Of a stretch of DNA of 64,000 nucleotides, positions 41,586 through 52,772 are shown piece by piece (within the stretch, counting starts at the first letter, position 1; every line of letters starts with the position of its first letter). The DNA lies in IMG/VR virus record IMGVR_UViG_3300017975_000001, one strand, 5' to 3'. This DNA comes from an uncultured virus (IMG/VR IMGVR_UViG_3300017975_000001) (Duplodnaviria; Heunggongvirae; Uroviricota; Caudoviricetes). Under the pieces are notes generated by a model that was not told the DNA's origin, did no database searches, and worked only from the letters and a program-made list of their open reading frames with translations. A program made the position numbers and the translations under genes.

Positions 41586-42155
41586 TTGATGGCGGACGCG
41601 CCCAATCCTCAACCTCTCGACGAAATCCTCACGATAGAGGGTGTCGAGAGGCACAAACGCTACGACTGTCTACGCTACGATTGGTGCCTAGACATCGCTT
41701 GCGCGGGCGGTTGGTCGCAGTTTCATTGCCATGACTGCACAGCATACGTGCCACGGCCCAAAGACGATCTTGCCGATCAACATGTCGCGAGAGTTGGACC
41801 GCAGATTCGCCGTCAGATTGCGCGTAGCGCTTCACAACGTTCGCTCAGCCAGGTCGCAACTGAAACGAAGACGCCTGAGCCAGCTGAGCCAACTGAGCCA
41901 GCCGAGTCAGCGTCGCAACGCGAAGCTCAATCGACGCCAAAAGCCAAGTCTGCTGTCGTCAAGCCAGACGGTCGTGTGCGACTAAGACTTCATGTCACGC
42001 CAAGTGCGAACGCACAGCCGCCACCGACAGCTCCGCTCAGCCAATTCTCAGCCAACAAAGCGCGTAACGAGCCTACGAGCAATAGCGAGCTGGCAGCCCA
42101 GTCTTCAGATGAGCTGGGGCCGAACGGAGAAGTCAAGCATGACGAACCAGAGTGA
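41586..42155 (+). CDS. Small Cys4 domain plus disordered tail
   Basis: DCLRYDWCLDIA...FHCHDC. Confidence 0.55.
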   Translation: MMADAPNPQPLDEILTIEGVERHKRYDCLRYDWCLDIACAGGWSQFHCHDCTAYVPRPKDDLADQHVARVGPQIRRQIARSASQRSLSQVATETKTPEPAEPTEPAESASQREAQSTPKAKSAVVKPDGRVRLRLHVTPSANAQPPPTAPLSQFSANKARNEPTSNSELAAQSSDELGPNGEVKHDEPE

Positions 42156-42410
42156 CATTCGCGCACTACTTGGTCTGCACGACGACTTCGATCGCGAAGA
42201 TGCTTGGCGAAAGCTGTCATACGATCTCTATCTACGGCTCGCAGAGTGCCAGCCACTCAAACTAGGTCGTGTAACAGCACTGCCGAAGTTGCCGGCGCAG
42301 GATGAGTTGGACGCGTTCGTGAGTCGATTTCGCGCACTTTCAGAAGCAGGCGGGTGGACAAGCCGTCAACGGAAACGTCGTTGGTGGTGGCCTTTTTCAT
42401 AGGTAATCGA

Positions 42411-43664
42411 ATGAAGACTCTAATCACGAGCGGACCTGTGTATGGACCGCTTGACGACAACAAGCTCGTCGGAAATCGTACACGTGGCATTTGGGCATCG
42501 CGCTTCGCGCGTTGGCTTGCATCACGCGATCACGAGGTCACGTTACTTGTAGCTGATATCCAAGAGAAGGCTGCGTGGGAGTATTGGGGCCAGAACGGTG
42601 TTCCTAGCGGTGCTAACGGTCGTCTCGTCACACACAAAGGCTTCTGGGACTACCAGGAGCTGTGTCACGGGTTCGCGCGCACTCACGATGCGGCAGTCCT
42701 TGCTAGCGCCGTGACGAACTGGATCCCGAAGGTTCCGTTCACGGGCAAGATGCCGACGGAAGGCTATACGCCTGGCCAAGCCGAGCTGAGCATCCCGTTC
42801 ATTCTGGCACCGCGCGTGATCGACGGTATGCGAAAGGCAAATCCAAAGCTGACGCTGATCGGTTGCAAGATGACGATCAACGCGCCTCGCGAGGCGATGT
42901 TGGATGCAGCCTACAAGACGCTCACTGGAGCGAAGTGCCATGCAGTCGTTGCGAACGACATGAGCGGTCTTCGGCCCAAAAGCGTGATCTATCCCGACCG
43001 TGCGACCTTCGACTTTGATATCGGTGCAGAAGAAGGCGTGAACTTCTACAAGCACCTCGAAGCGGTGATCTGCGACGAGCACTTCACGACGGTCGGTGTG
43101 CCTCCTGCAGAGGCATACCGAGGTCTTGTCGATCAACGTGCAATGGCCTACCAAGATGTCGAAGATCTCTTCGAGCTGATCGCTGATAGGTACCGTAGCC
43201 GATTCGTACGCAAGATCGCTGGGAGTGATCGCGTCTTCGGTGCGATCGCAGTCCGTTCAGGGACGGGTGCACTTTGTACGCCGCGCGAGAAGGACGCAAT
43301 GTTCTGGAAACGTGATGGCGAGATGTTCTGGAAACGCGATGCTGTCGACGTGCTGTATCCAACTGATGATGACTTGAAGCAGCGTCGTGTTCGTGTAATT
43401 CACCACGGACGCGGCTACGATGATTCGCTGCCGCTGCCTAAAGCGTCGATGAACGCGACGCTCCTCTTGCGTCACTTGCAGGCGCACCCGCAAGCAATCG
43501 CCGTTCTGCATCTACACGAACGTCTACCTGACGTCCCAGTGGTTCCATACGCGCCACCCGGCACTGTCCGCGACAACCTGCGCGAGATTCCCGGCCTCAG
43601 CTACAACATTGAAGGCCATGGTTGTGTTATCGCTCTTGACAAGTACGGTGAGTTCATTCAATAG
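42411..43664 (+). CDS. CoaB/DFP-like domain fused to class II aldolase-like domain
   Basis: N-terminal LITSGP...D...GNRTRG, ASAVTNW and VVAND resemble CoaB motifs. C-terminal CTP...KAS...HPQAIAVLHLH...PPGT...IEGHG resembles class II aldolase/adducin. Confidence 0.65.
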   Translation: MKTLITSGPVYGPLDDNKLVGNRTRGIWASRFARWLASRDHEVTLLVADIQEKAAWEYWGQNGVPSGANGRLVTHKGFWDYQELCHGFARTHDAAVLASAVTNWIPKVPFTGKMPTEGYTPGQAELSIPFILAPRVIDGMRKANPKLTLIGCKMTINAPREAMLDAAYKTLTGAKCHAVVANDMSGLRPKSVIYPDRATFDFDIGAEEGVNFYKHLEAVICDEHFTTVGVPPAEAYRGLVDQRAMAYQDVEDLFELIADRYRSRFVRKIAGSDRVFGAIAVRSGTGALCTPREKDAMFWKRDGEMFWKRDAVDVLYPTDDDLKQRRVRVIHHGRGYDDSLPLPKASMNATLLLRHLQAHPQAIAVLHLHERLPDVPVVPYAPPGTVRDNLREIPGLSYNIEGHGCVIALDKYGEFIQ

Positions 43665-44177
43665 GAGCGCACATGGCCTCTGACAAGAATCCGCGTGTTG
43701 GGATGCGTATCCGCATCAAACAGAACGCGCCTTTTTTCGCTGGCTGCGAAGCCGTCGTCGCATACGTCGGCACAGAGGGCGTTTCCGCGTACCTCGTCAA
43801 TCACGCATTCGATGATTGCGTTCCTCTCAACAACGATGAATGGGAGCTTTCAGGTGAGTGAAAACGAATCCGCCCGTCATCCCTATCGCGAAAGTGGTCG
43901 ACCGCCGCAAGGACCGTTCGCACTCGGCGATCGTCTTCGTATCGTTGGCGGTGAACACGACGGCCGCACCGGGACCGTGGTGGCAAACCACCTGCAGGGC
44001 TACGACGACCGGACGTACAGGCACGGCCTCGGCAACGGCGCCATCGCCTTTCGCATCGACCCTGAATCCGGTGAAACCGAACCGACCGGCGGGCGGAACT
44101 ACTGCCGTGGCGGTCGTGGTGGATTCGTCGCGAACATCAATGACTACGCGCTGGAACGTCTCTAAGAGGAACGATCG

Positions 44178-45497
44178 ATGGGCTACGAATTCAATGGTAC
44201 AGACCGCGCACTCGCACTGCGCCTCTTTGATGACGTGCGGCGGGCAACGGATGGTTACGCTTATCCGTCTCCGTCAGGAGCACCGTTACACGGCATAACA
44301 CGCCCATCCTACAGCCAGCAGGAAACTGTTGCGATGAAGATCATCGCGGAGTGTGCAGAAGCTTCAGCGCTCGTCACTTCTGTTGATCCAGCCGGCAACC
44401 TACACATCGATCAGTCCGTCGAACCTGCATCGGTTCCTGCAGTGTGGACAGGCTCTCACTTCGATTCGGTACCTTCAGGTGGAAATTACGATGGCCTCGC
44501 CGGTATCGTCGCTGGGTTCCTCTGCCTACGTAAAGTCCAGCAACGTGAGATCGTGCTCGAACGACCGGTAACAGTCATCGGTTTTCGCGGCGAAGAATCT
44601 GCATGGTTCGGCCGCCCGTATCTTGGCTCGTCAGCCTTGTTCGGGCTGCTTAGCCAAGACGACTTGAACCGACTAAGGCGAAGCGTCAGCGCAAACTTTC
44701 CAGAAGATCCCGAGACGCTCTCTAGTGCGATGGCTTCACGCGCGGATATCAAACGCATTGCCGCGAGTGAACGGCTCGTCGATCCAAAGCAGATCGCCGA
44801 GTTTTGGGAGCTGCATATCGAACAAGGGCCAGTACTCGTCGAGCGCAAACGGCCTGTTGGACTTGTAACAGGCATCCGCGGCAACACTCGGTACGCCAAA
44901 ATGCAGTGCCGTGGCGAGGCCGGACACTCTGGTGCCGTACCATGGCTACTACGTCGTGACGCTGTACTAGCGGTGGCTGAGTTCTTGACGCGTCTGGAAA
45001 ATGTTTGGCAGCAGTTCAATTATCACGGCAACGACTTGGTTGTTACATGCGGCCAGCTCGGTACGGATCCGATCGTACACAGCTCTACACGCATTCCTGG
45101 CTGGGTAGGTTTCAGCTTGGAATGGCGAAGCCAATCGCTCGACGTCATGGTGAAGTTTGGCGTTGAGATGGAAGCAATCCGTCAAGACATCGAACGCCGT
45201 CGCACGGTCACCTTCGAGTATGGCGCAGCCACCATGACGAGTCCGGCGGAGATGAACTACGACCTTTTACAGAACGTTACTGCGCTTGCGTGCTTGAACC
45301 TCGATTTGCCGTTCGAATTGATGGCCAGCGGCGCTGGTCATGATGCTGCGATCTTCGCGAATCAAGGTATCCCAACAGGGATGATCTTCGTTCGTAACGA
45401 CCGCGGTTCGCACAACCCTGACGAAGCTATGGACATCGACGACTTCATGCGCGGCACCGAAGTTCTGTACAAAGCCCTGACGCGGAGAGCTGAATGA
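44178..45497 (+). CDS. M20 Zn-dependent amidohydrolase (N-carbamoyl-amino acid/allantoate/beta-ureidopropionase family)
   Basis: GSHFDSVPSGGNYDG, GEE, ELHIEQGP, GHSG, SGAGHDA and SHNPDE. Confidence 0.92.
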   Translation: MGYEFNGTDRALALRLFDDVRRATDGYAYPSPSGAPLHGITRPSYSQQETVAMKIIAECAEASALVTSVDPAGNLHIDQSVEPASVPAVWTGSHFDSVPSGGNYDGLAGIVAGFLCLRKVQQREIVLERPVTVIGFRGEESAWFGRPYLGSSALFGLLSQDDLNRLRRSVSANFPEDPETLSSAMASRADIKRIAASERLVDPKQIAEFWELHIEQGPVLVERKRPVGLVTGIRGNTRYAKMQCRGEAGHSGAVPWLLRRDAVLAVAEFLTRLENVWQQFNYHGNDLVVTCGQLGTDPIVHSSTRIPGWVGFSLEWRSQSLDVMVKFGVEMEAIRQDIERRRTVTFEYGAATMTSPAEMNYDLLQNVTALACLNLDLPFELMASGAGHDAAIFANQGIPTGMIFVRNDRGSHNPDEAMDIDDFMRGTEVLYKALTRRAE

Positions 45498-46484
45498 GCA
45501 CCGAGCCACCTATTCGATTCAAGTGCCCGTCATGCGGCGCTCGTCACGAGCGTGGCTATGTGGACGGCGTGAGCTTGTTTCGCTGTCTGCACTGTGGCTA
45601 TCAGGGTACGAAAAACGCCGACGAAGACTTTGACCCGCGTACAGAGGCCGACGCGCAGATCGCCCGAGCACTTCAGATTGTCTGCGACGCTGATGGAGCC
45701 GACGACGGGCGTGGACGTCGCAACTATACGGACGAGGAGCTGGACACAATGTTCTTCGCGCTTACTGCTGCGCTCGTTCAGCTCAAAAAAGTGCCCGGCG
45801 GACTCGTCGCTCACGATCGCTACTACGAGAAGTGCCGCGCTGAGCTACGTAGACGCGGACTAGAAAAGAAAGCGAAGACCAAATCCATGCGCTTGCGGAT
45901 GAAGGTCTGGACGGACACTACGACGGGCAAACGCTACCTCATGCCAGTCGCGCTGATGCGCAATCTGCACAGCAATGTCATGGCCGCTCACGCTATGACT
46001 GACGAGGACACGAAACTCATCAAGTTGACGGGCGAAGAATGGGACGCGCTTCCCTACTTCTACTTCAAAGAGGATGGCGACGCGCCGCGTGCATCGGCTG
46101 TCGTTCCTGACATCGTGGATCTCTAATGCCGCCACGTACGTTCGAAATGGGTTTCGACGACAGTCCACGCTCATGGGGAAACTCCATCCAATGGTGGCCG
46201 GATTTCACTTCTCGACGCGTCGTAGGTTGGCTGAGTCACCGTCCAGTGAAAGGCGACTTGCTTCGCGTAGCCATGCAAAGCGGAAAGGTCGCTATCTTCA
46301 AGTTCATCGAAGTAGATCTCCAGCGCGATCCAGAAGACATGTTCTTTGGACGTGTTCGTGACGTCGGCTACGAAGGCGAACCGCCGTTCGCACGTCCATC
46401 GCAACTTCGCGCGTTCTTGCAATGGTGGAGGAGTCGCCGTGTTGTTGATCTCGCTTTGAGACTCATTCAACGAGGTCCCAGGTC

Positions 46485-46916
46485 GTGAGCGTATTCTTGC
46501 TTCGTCACGGCGAATCGACCGCGAACAGTGGAGAAGACGACTGTATCGATGCAGGACTCTCAGCTAAAGGCGTTGAACAAGCCCGTGCTGTCGTCGGGCG
46601 GTTCGATCTTGCCGTCGTATCGCCGCTGAGACGAGCCCAACAGACCTTGGAGTTAAGCGCGATACAAGCAAATCTTCAAATCGTCGAGTCTTTATGCCGC
46701 GAACGTGTGATCCACCATCGCGATACGTTAGTTGGCGAAGCATTTCGAGCTGAAACTGACGAAGAGTTCTGGAAACGGGTTGAACTCTTTCGCGCGAAGA
46801 TCAGTGCATGGTCAGAAGCTAATGACACGATCTTGGTCGTAGGACACTCTTATTTCTTCGCTGCGGCATTCAACGCTTGGGGCCTGGCGAATTGCGAACT
46901 GCGCCAAGCATCGTGA
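46485..46916 (+). CDS. Histidine phosphatase (phosphoglycerate mutase family)
   Basis: LLRHGES, SPLRRAQQT and LVVGH. Confidence 0.9.
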   Translation: MSVFLLRHGESTANSGEDDCIDAGLSAKGVEQARAVVGRFDLAVVSPLRRAQQTLELSAIQANLQIVESLCRERVIHHRDTLVGEAFRAETDEEFWKRVELFRAKISAWSEANDTILVVGHSYFFAAAFNAWGLANCELRQAS

Positions 46917-47829
46917 AGGAGTGCAAGGCTTGAGATGAAAGATCCCATCGTCATTACTGAAGGCGGCGACGTCGTCACACACTATCCCGAGTCGAATGGA
47001 CTAGACGACAATCAACAGCTCGAAGGTTGTTTTGGCGTGCACCTGATCTGCGGCTCGTTCGTTGACTGTAAGCCAACGAGTTGCTCGGCAAGCACGATTT
47101 TGTGCCGTGGCTGCCACCTTCGCGTAGAGATTCCACTCTTCATTTCAACCACGAGTGAGTTGCGCAAGCACTTCGATCGGCTGCAACCATCGTTTGGCTG
47201 GGAGCCTCCACCCGCTGGTACGCGCCTAGTTTGCGCGCGACCGCGTTATCCGTTTCTACTGAACGACTGCGGAGTCATCATCGATCGGCCTGACCAATAC
47301 AAAGGCATACCGCGATACCTCACGCCGGTGAAGTTCGAAAAGCTGACAGAGGACATCGTGTGGCTGCGCGCGGGCATGATTGGACCGTTCGGCGCTTTCA
47401 TCGTCACAGCGTCATGACGAAAGCTAAGCGACGCTCGCATGACGCAGTACCGAACGCAGGAGGTACGATCGCTGCACTCAAACCGAACAAGGTACCGAAC
47501 GAAATACCTTACTTGCCATTTGGGCGAGGCATATTGCCGCCTGGCGCACTCGTGCAGCTCGATGCCAAGACTGCTAGAGCCACCAATGCACGCGACGAAG
47601 GCACCTACAAAACCGGTACGCTTTGGGTTTGGTCCAGAAACGACAAACAGCACTATCTGATGCAGGCATCGTTCTGGAAGCATTATCACCGCGTTCAAGC
47701 AGTGTTCTGGCATCCGACCATCGCACAGTGCTTGAGGAATCTCATTGCAGGCCGAGGCGTGCCTGAGCTTGCGGTCTATACCATGCTGCGTGAAGCGGGA
47801 ATCCTTCCGTTGCCCGAGTGGCACTGACA

Positions 47830-48579
47830 ATGAATCTAGCTTGCACACGCGATGACTACGCCGAGTTATATGCTCGCTGGCTCATCGAGCCAGGCAAGCT
47901 CCTCGATCTCGCAGAACTGAAATCTGGCGAGCGTGTGATCGATCTTTGCGGAGGTACCGGCATAGTGGCACGCGAAGCAGTTCGGCGTGGCGCTGCGAGT
48001 GCATTCGTCGTCGACTTGAACCCGCGCGTCGACGACAGCACGATCGACCACAGCCAAACAGACTACAGACTGGTGCCACCTTTCCGTGGACGCGCTGAAG
48101 AAGTTGATCAGCTGCTAGCGGCGCACGTTGAGACGCTTCACGCGATCAGAAGCACATCGCTGCTCAGTGACACACGAGGCTGTATGGGCGCATCGTGCCG
48201 TTGCCGCCGGTATTCGCCAGACTTTGATCTAGTGGTCTGCCGTCAAGCGATCGGCTATCTCGACCTTCAACAGACAGCACGCGCCGTCGCAAAAGTGCTT
48301 CGTCCTGGCGGTCGGTTCGTATTCAACTGCTTTCAACGTCCTCGGTGGGCCTTAAAGACATACGTGCACGACGGCAAGCGCTTCATCGAAGCATCTGGCT
48401 ACATTGGCCGTACGGTCATGCACGTTCAGGCAGCGCCAGGGATCGGCATCGATGTAACGAAGTTCCGCTGGCATCGTGAGATCGAACTCGACCGCGCGCT
48501 CGATCACTTCTTTTCGATGATCAAAAAGGTCCGCAGCGAGCGAAGCCTGTACTACGTTTGCACGAAAGCTGCGTGTTGA
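47830..48579 (+). CDS. Class I SAM-dependent methyltransferase
   Basis: VIDLCGGTG motif I, FDLVVC and VLRPGGRF. Confidence 0.88.
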   Translation: MNLACTRDDYAELYARWLIEPGKLLDLAELKSGERVIDLCGGTGIVAREAVRRGAASAFVVDLNPRVDDSTIDHSQTDYRLVPPFRGRAEEVDQLLAAHVETLHAIRSTSLLSDTRGCMGASCRCRRYSPDFDLVVCRQAIGYLDLQQTARAVAKVLRPGGRFVFNCFQRPRWALKTYVHDGKRFIEASGYIGRTVMHVQAAPGIGIDVTKFRWHREIELDRALDHFFSMIKKVRSERSLYYVCTKAAC

Positions 48580-48594
48580 GCCGTCGAGTTCAAC

Positions 48595-48604
48595 CTTGAC
48601 AAGT
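48595..48604 (+). promoter_or_regulatory. Early-type promoter core
   Basis: CTTGACAAGT in the intergenic gap before 48658. Confidence 0.55.
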
Positions 48605-49659
48605 CGAGAGTATTTGCGCAAGACTGCCGCTACCCGTGATCGCAGTAAGTAGACGTCATGCCGGCCGAAGTGCACATAGAGCCTTTCCGCGATCCGCGAA
48701 ACATCGCTGGGATCATCGCTGACGTTTGGGCGATCGTTCGCGTTGATGTGCCAAGCAACCACAACGACCTCGCACGCCTGGTCACTACAGCACTGACACA
48801 CACACGCGATTTCAGTCGGGCACCGCGTACAGCGCTGCGTGGCGCTGCGCGGTCGGGTCATGCAGCATTGTATCGCCGCGCTGAGCAGACATCCCAACAA
48901 CTCATTTCCTTGTGGAATGACCTCTACTGGGATAGGAAGCAATGGGAATCATACTTCGATCTTGCAGATACAGCACTCAATCTTGTCATTACGGCGATGA
49001 CTAACGAGCGGCCTAAAGTTGGCCGCCAAGTATGGCTTGAGTGGACCAAAGTCGTCCTGCGATCTGGGATCGACGGTCAAACGCTCCAAAACATCGAGCT
49101 GGAGTGGCGCTTCAAAGACGTGACTGATCGTCGTCACTGCGGCGCTTCGATGCGCGCAGCCTTCGAGGCAGCTTGGCTCGCGAAGCAGTACAAGTTTGCG
49201 CGCCAGCTGGTAGGAGCCAAAAGCTGATGTTTGGACTTGACCGTGTGTTAGGGCGCCTTCGGCGCTGCTGGCTTGACGCCCGAAAGCAACGTGCCCAGCA
49301 GCGCGCAAAGCTGCCCGTGGCATACGCTATGGAAGAGAACTGCACGGTCGGCGCAGGGACAGGATTCGGTAAGTACACCAGAGAGGTCGCGGCTGCGAAG
49401 GCGGCTGCGAAGCACGCACCGAAACTACGAACGAACAAGAACGGTGAGCGTCTCACGCCAGACGAATTGAGTTTCATCTCCCGATCAAACGGACGCTGTC
49501 CCGACTGCTATTTCGGAGAGCTGATCGAAGGTCCACACGGTGGCCTTTCCATTAACATGTACTGTGCGAATCCCGATTGCGGGAGTCGGTTCAATGATAC
49601 GGGACCGTTCGGCTGGGATCGCATCAGCGACGCGAGTCCGAAGCGGAAGAGTACGGTCG

Positions 49660-50592
49660 ATGGTCAGTGACTTCGACATTCTTGAACATGAAGACGTCAA
49701 GCCACAAGGCCGCTGTGAGCGTTGCAAGCTTGTCTACGGTCGGCCGCAAAAGCACAACGAGTCAGCGCTCCGCTGTGCATCGTGCGACTATCCGTTTGGC
49801 GAAACTGTCGACGGGATTCGCTCGCTTGCACTAGTCCTGCAAGAACCAGTACGAGGCATCTACTTCAACGTCTACTCGCAGGTCGTTTGCTACGTCTGGC
49901 TAAGGCTCGTCCGTGACGGTCTAGATCTATCGCTAGAGCCCTGCCTGACTGTGCATGTCTTTGGTGAGATTCCCGAATGGTTCGACTACGAGATCGGTCA
50001 ATCAGGCTGGGATAGTGTCATCTCCACCGACTACAAGCCGTGTGAGTCAGACGCGAACTTGACTGGCAGCTGGAACTATTGGGCATTGGAGATGGGTGTC
50101 TGTCCGAGCCAACCTTTTCTCGTCGAGATAAAGCCACCTCGCTACTACAAGTGTTCGTACGAGTACGATGAGTGGGATGTCGAGTACTTCTGGGACCTCG
50201 CAATGACTGCACCGCGCTCGCCTAGGCAAGCAGCGCGTGCGTGGGAGCTGTGGAAGACCGAATGCGGAAAGAATCATGTCGCGTATCGCGCCTGGCGTGA
50301 GCATGAAGAATACAAGCGCACGCACGATGTCAAAGCTATGTACATTCGTTACGACGCCTGGGGCGGTGGCTACAGCTACGACGACCAAGGCTACATCGTT
50401 GCGCTCTGCTCTACGCACGGCGGCGGTTGGCTTATCGAAGGCCGAAGCCCAAATTACGCCGAGCACAGCAAGTCTCGTGACGAAGGCAAACCGCCATCCT
50501 ACGAGCGCGCCTGGAGCGATCTCTTAGAGAACATTCAGAAGCACCTTCCTCATCTCGATCCCAAAGTGATCAGAGAGCTGCCTCGTCGATGA
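49660..50592 (+). CDS. Hypothetical protein with N-terminal Zn ribbon
   Basis: CERC...CASC; aromatic-rich. Confidence 0.55.
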   Translation: MVSDFDILEHEDVKPQGRCERCKLVYGRPQKHNESALRCASCDYPFGETVDGIRSLALVLQEPVRGIYFNVYSQVVCYVWLRLVRDGLDLSLEPCLTVHVFGEIPEWFDYEIGQSGWDSVISTDYKPCESDANLTGSWNYWALEMGVCPSQPFLVEIKPPRYYKCSYEYDEWDVEYFWDLAMTAPRSPRQAARAWELWKTECGKNHVAYRAWREHEEYKRTHDVKAMYIRYDAWGGGYSYDDQGYIVALCSTHGGGWLIEGRSPNYAEHSKSRDEGKPPSYERAWSDLLENIQKHLPHLDPKVIRELPRR

Positions 50593-52304
50593 CTAGGCAG
50601 GATACAACGTTCGCTGCCGCGCAGTCGCTAGCGCGAATTGTTTCACACGAGTTGTCGCCTAGTTTGCCACAAGGGTCGGCAGCGCAACGTGAGCGGATCT
50701 TCAAGGGCGTTTGTGCATTGGCAAAGCGTCTAGGCCGTATGTCGCTGTCGCCGCACGACCTCGCAATGAGCCAAGATGTCGTGGATGCTGCCGAAGCTGT
50801 AGCCATCGCTATCTTCACGGGCCGGTGGTACGACATCTATTTCGTGCCTGTGAACGTATCTTCAGGCCAAGTCATACGAATGGCTGACAACGAACGCTGG
50901 CTTGCACGACAGTGGGGCGTTCATGCCGAATGGTTAGCGCCCACCATGACGGCGGCAGAAATCCTCGTTCGAGAATTGAACGTTCCTCTTCAGAATATTC
51001 CTCCTCCGCGAAGGTAGGCTCTTACGTGATCGTCAAAGTCCAGCTCAGTCTCTACACAACAGAGAGCGAACGTCAGGTGCTGATCCACGATGAGACGCGA
51101 AGCGTGTTCTACATGATGTCACTGTCGCAGTTTCCGAGCGTCGAAGAGAAAATGGCAGGCGACATCAGAGCCTTCTTCAACGCGATCATCACCAACGGCC
51201 AAATCAAGCTCGGTGATCGTGTCCAGGAGCAAGATTGGTGATCGGCGGCCACGATCACATTGTCGACGTACGCGACGGACCTGGGCCACGCTTACGCGTG
51301 ATACGGATCGTCGAGTCATACTGGCCGGACTGTGTGACGGATCTAGATCAGCAAGCTGATCGCTTGGAGATATTCTTCTACCCAAATCGCGAGGTTTGGG
51401 AATCGTGGGAAGCTGACGGCCGCACTGACAACAATCGAGATCAAATGCTCCACGTCATCCACGAGTTGACTCGAACTACTATCGTTTCAGATGAGCGTCT
51501 CGACAGTCAGACGGCGCGCATCGCTCGCGAAATCTGCGAGGCCTTACAAGGCTACGAACGTAAGAGGCTCACGTGAGCGTGACTGTCGAAGCTGCACCAG
51601 ATGCGACCGAGATCGACGTCGATGGGCGCGTCGACGAGAAACTCGGTATTTGCTACATCGGCAAGGCGATGAAGACCTTCGACGGGCGTTGGTTGTGCTT
51701 AGCCAATGTCCAAGGCGCACTCTGTCGCGTCGAGGTGCGCATCCGACCGACTGTCCATGTAGAAGGTGACCCTGGTGATGAAGATGATGCAGAACGGCGC
51801 CACTACCGTTACTAACTGTCAAGGAGACTCCATGCCTGATCAAGACCTTGCGATTGTAGAAGGTGACGAAGAAGTCGAGAAACGTGTTCATGAAGTGTAC
51901 GCGAAGATCAATGAACTCCTGAATGGACGTCCGCGTGAAGAATGCGCGCGCATCATGGGCGCTGTTGCGATGACAAACGGATTCTACGACCAAGCGATCG
52001 CGTTCGCTGAAGCAGCCAAAAAATTCCGAGACGCGGTCTACCGCAGCTCCGATACACAGAGTCATTGAACCATGTCGCAATGCTCGAAGTGCAACGACAC
52101 CGGCGTCCACGATACCGGCAACAACGATCTGCCCTGTGATTGCCCTGCAGGTGAGACCGCTCTGTTCAACCAAGCGGGCGTTATCGGGCCCGTCACTGGC
52201 GCTGAAATCAAACGGCACTTTCTAAACGGCTCACCTGAGCCACTGCGCATAGGACGTGACTCCATTCGCGCAGAAGATCTGCCAGGACGTCGTGGAACGC
52301 GGTC

Positions 52305-52772
52305 ATGACGAAACGCCACAGAAAAGACGCAGCCGAACGACGGGTAGCAGAGCTACGAGCGCAGATCGCACGTACTCTGAGCGACAGCAAAACACCTCGA
52401 CGGCCTTTGACTCAACAAGCACTGCGTGACCGACATCGTTGGCAAAAGGTTACAGCGCCGGTCGTGTGGCATCCCACAGGACCTGAAGAACTGATCGGTT
52501 ACTACGGCGGCCGTACTCTACGAACAGGCACGTTCGGCCAGTACGAAGTCGTGATCGTCCATGTACCGTATCGCGGGACCTTTCTGATCAGCGGCGTGCG
52601 GCTGATCCAGTTGGTCGACGCTGCTCAGCTGGTCAAAGGCGATCCAGTCCGTATCGCGTTCCTCGGCTACGAACAGGGGCGCGCCGACCGTGAGATGAAG
52701 CTCTTCGAGCTTTACATCACCGACGATGATCGCCTCACTGAAGCTGAGCTACCCGAGGTTCAGTTCTCGTGA
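52305..52772 (+). CDS. Putative OB-fold ssDNA-binding-like protein
   Basis: WHP...LIGYY...GTFG...GDPVRIAFLG...KLFELY strand pattern and an acidic tail. Confidence 0.35.
   Translation: MTKRHRKDAAERRVAELRAQIARTLSDSKTPRRPLTQQALRDRHRWQKVTAPVVWHPTGPEELIGYYGGRTLRTGTFGQYEVVIVHVPYRGTFLISGVRLIQLVDAAQLVKGDPVRIAFLGYEQGRADREMKLFELYITDDDRLTEAELPEVQFS

Noticed and set aside
43300..43341. 24-bp period repeat encoding MFWKRD twice
   Set aside because: A local in-frame duplication with no evidence of a separate function.
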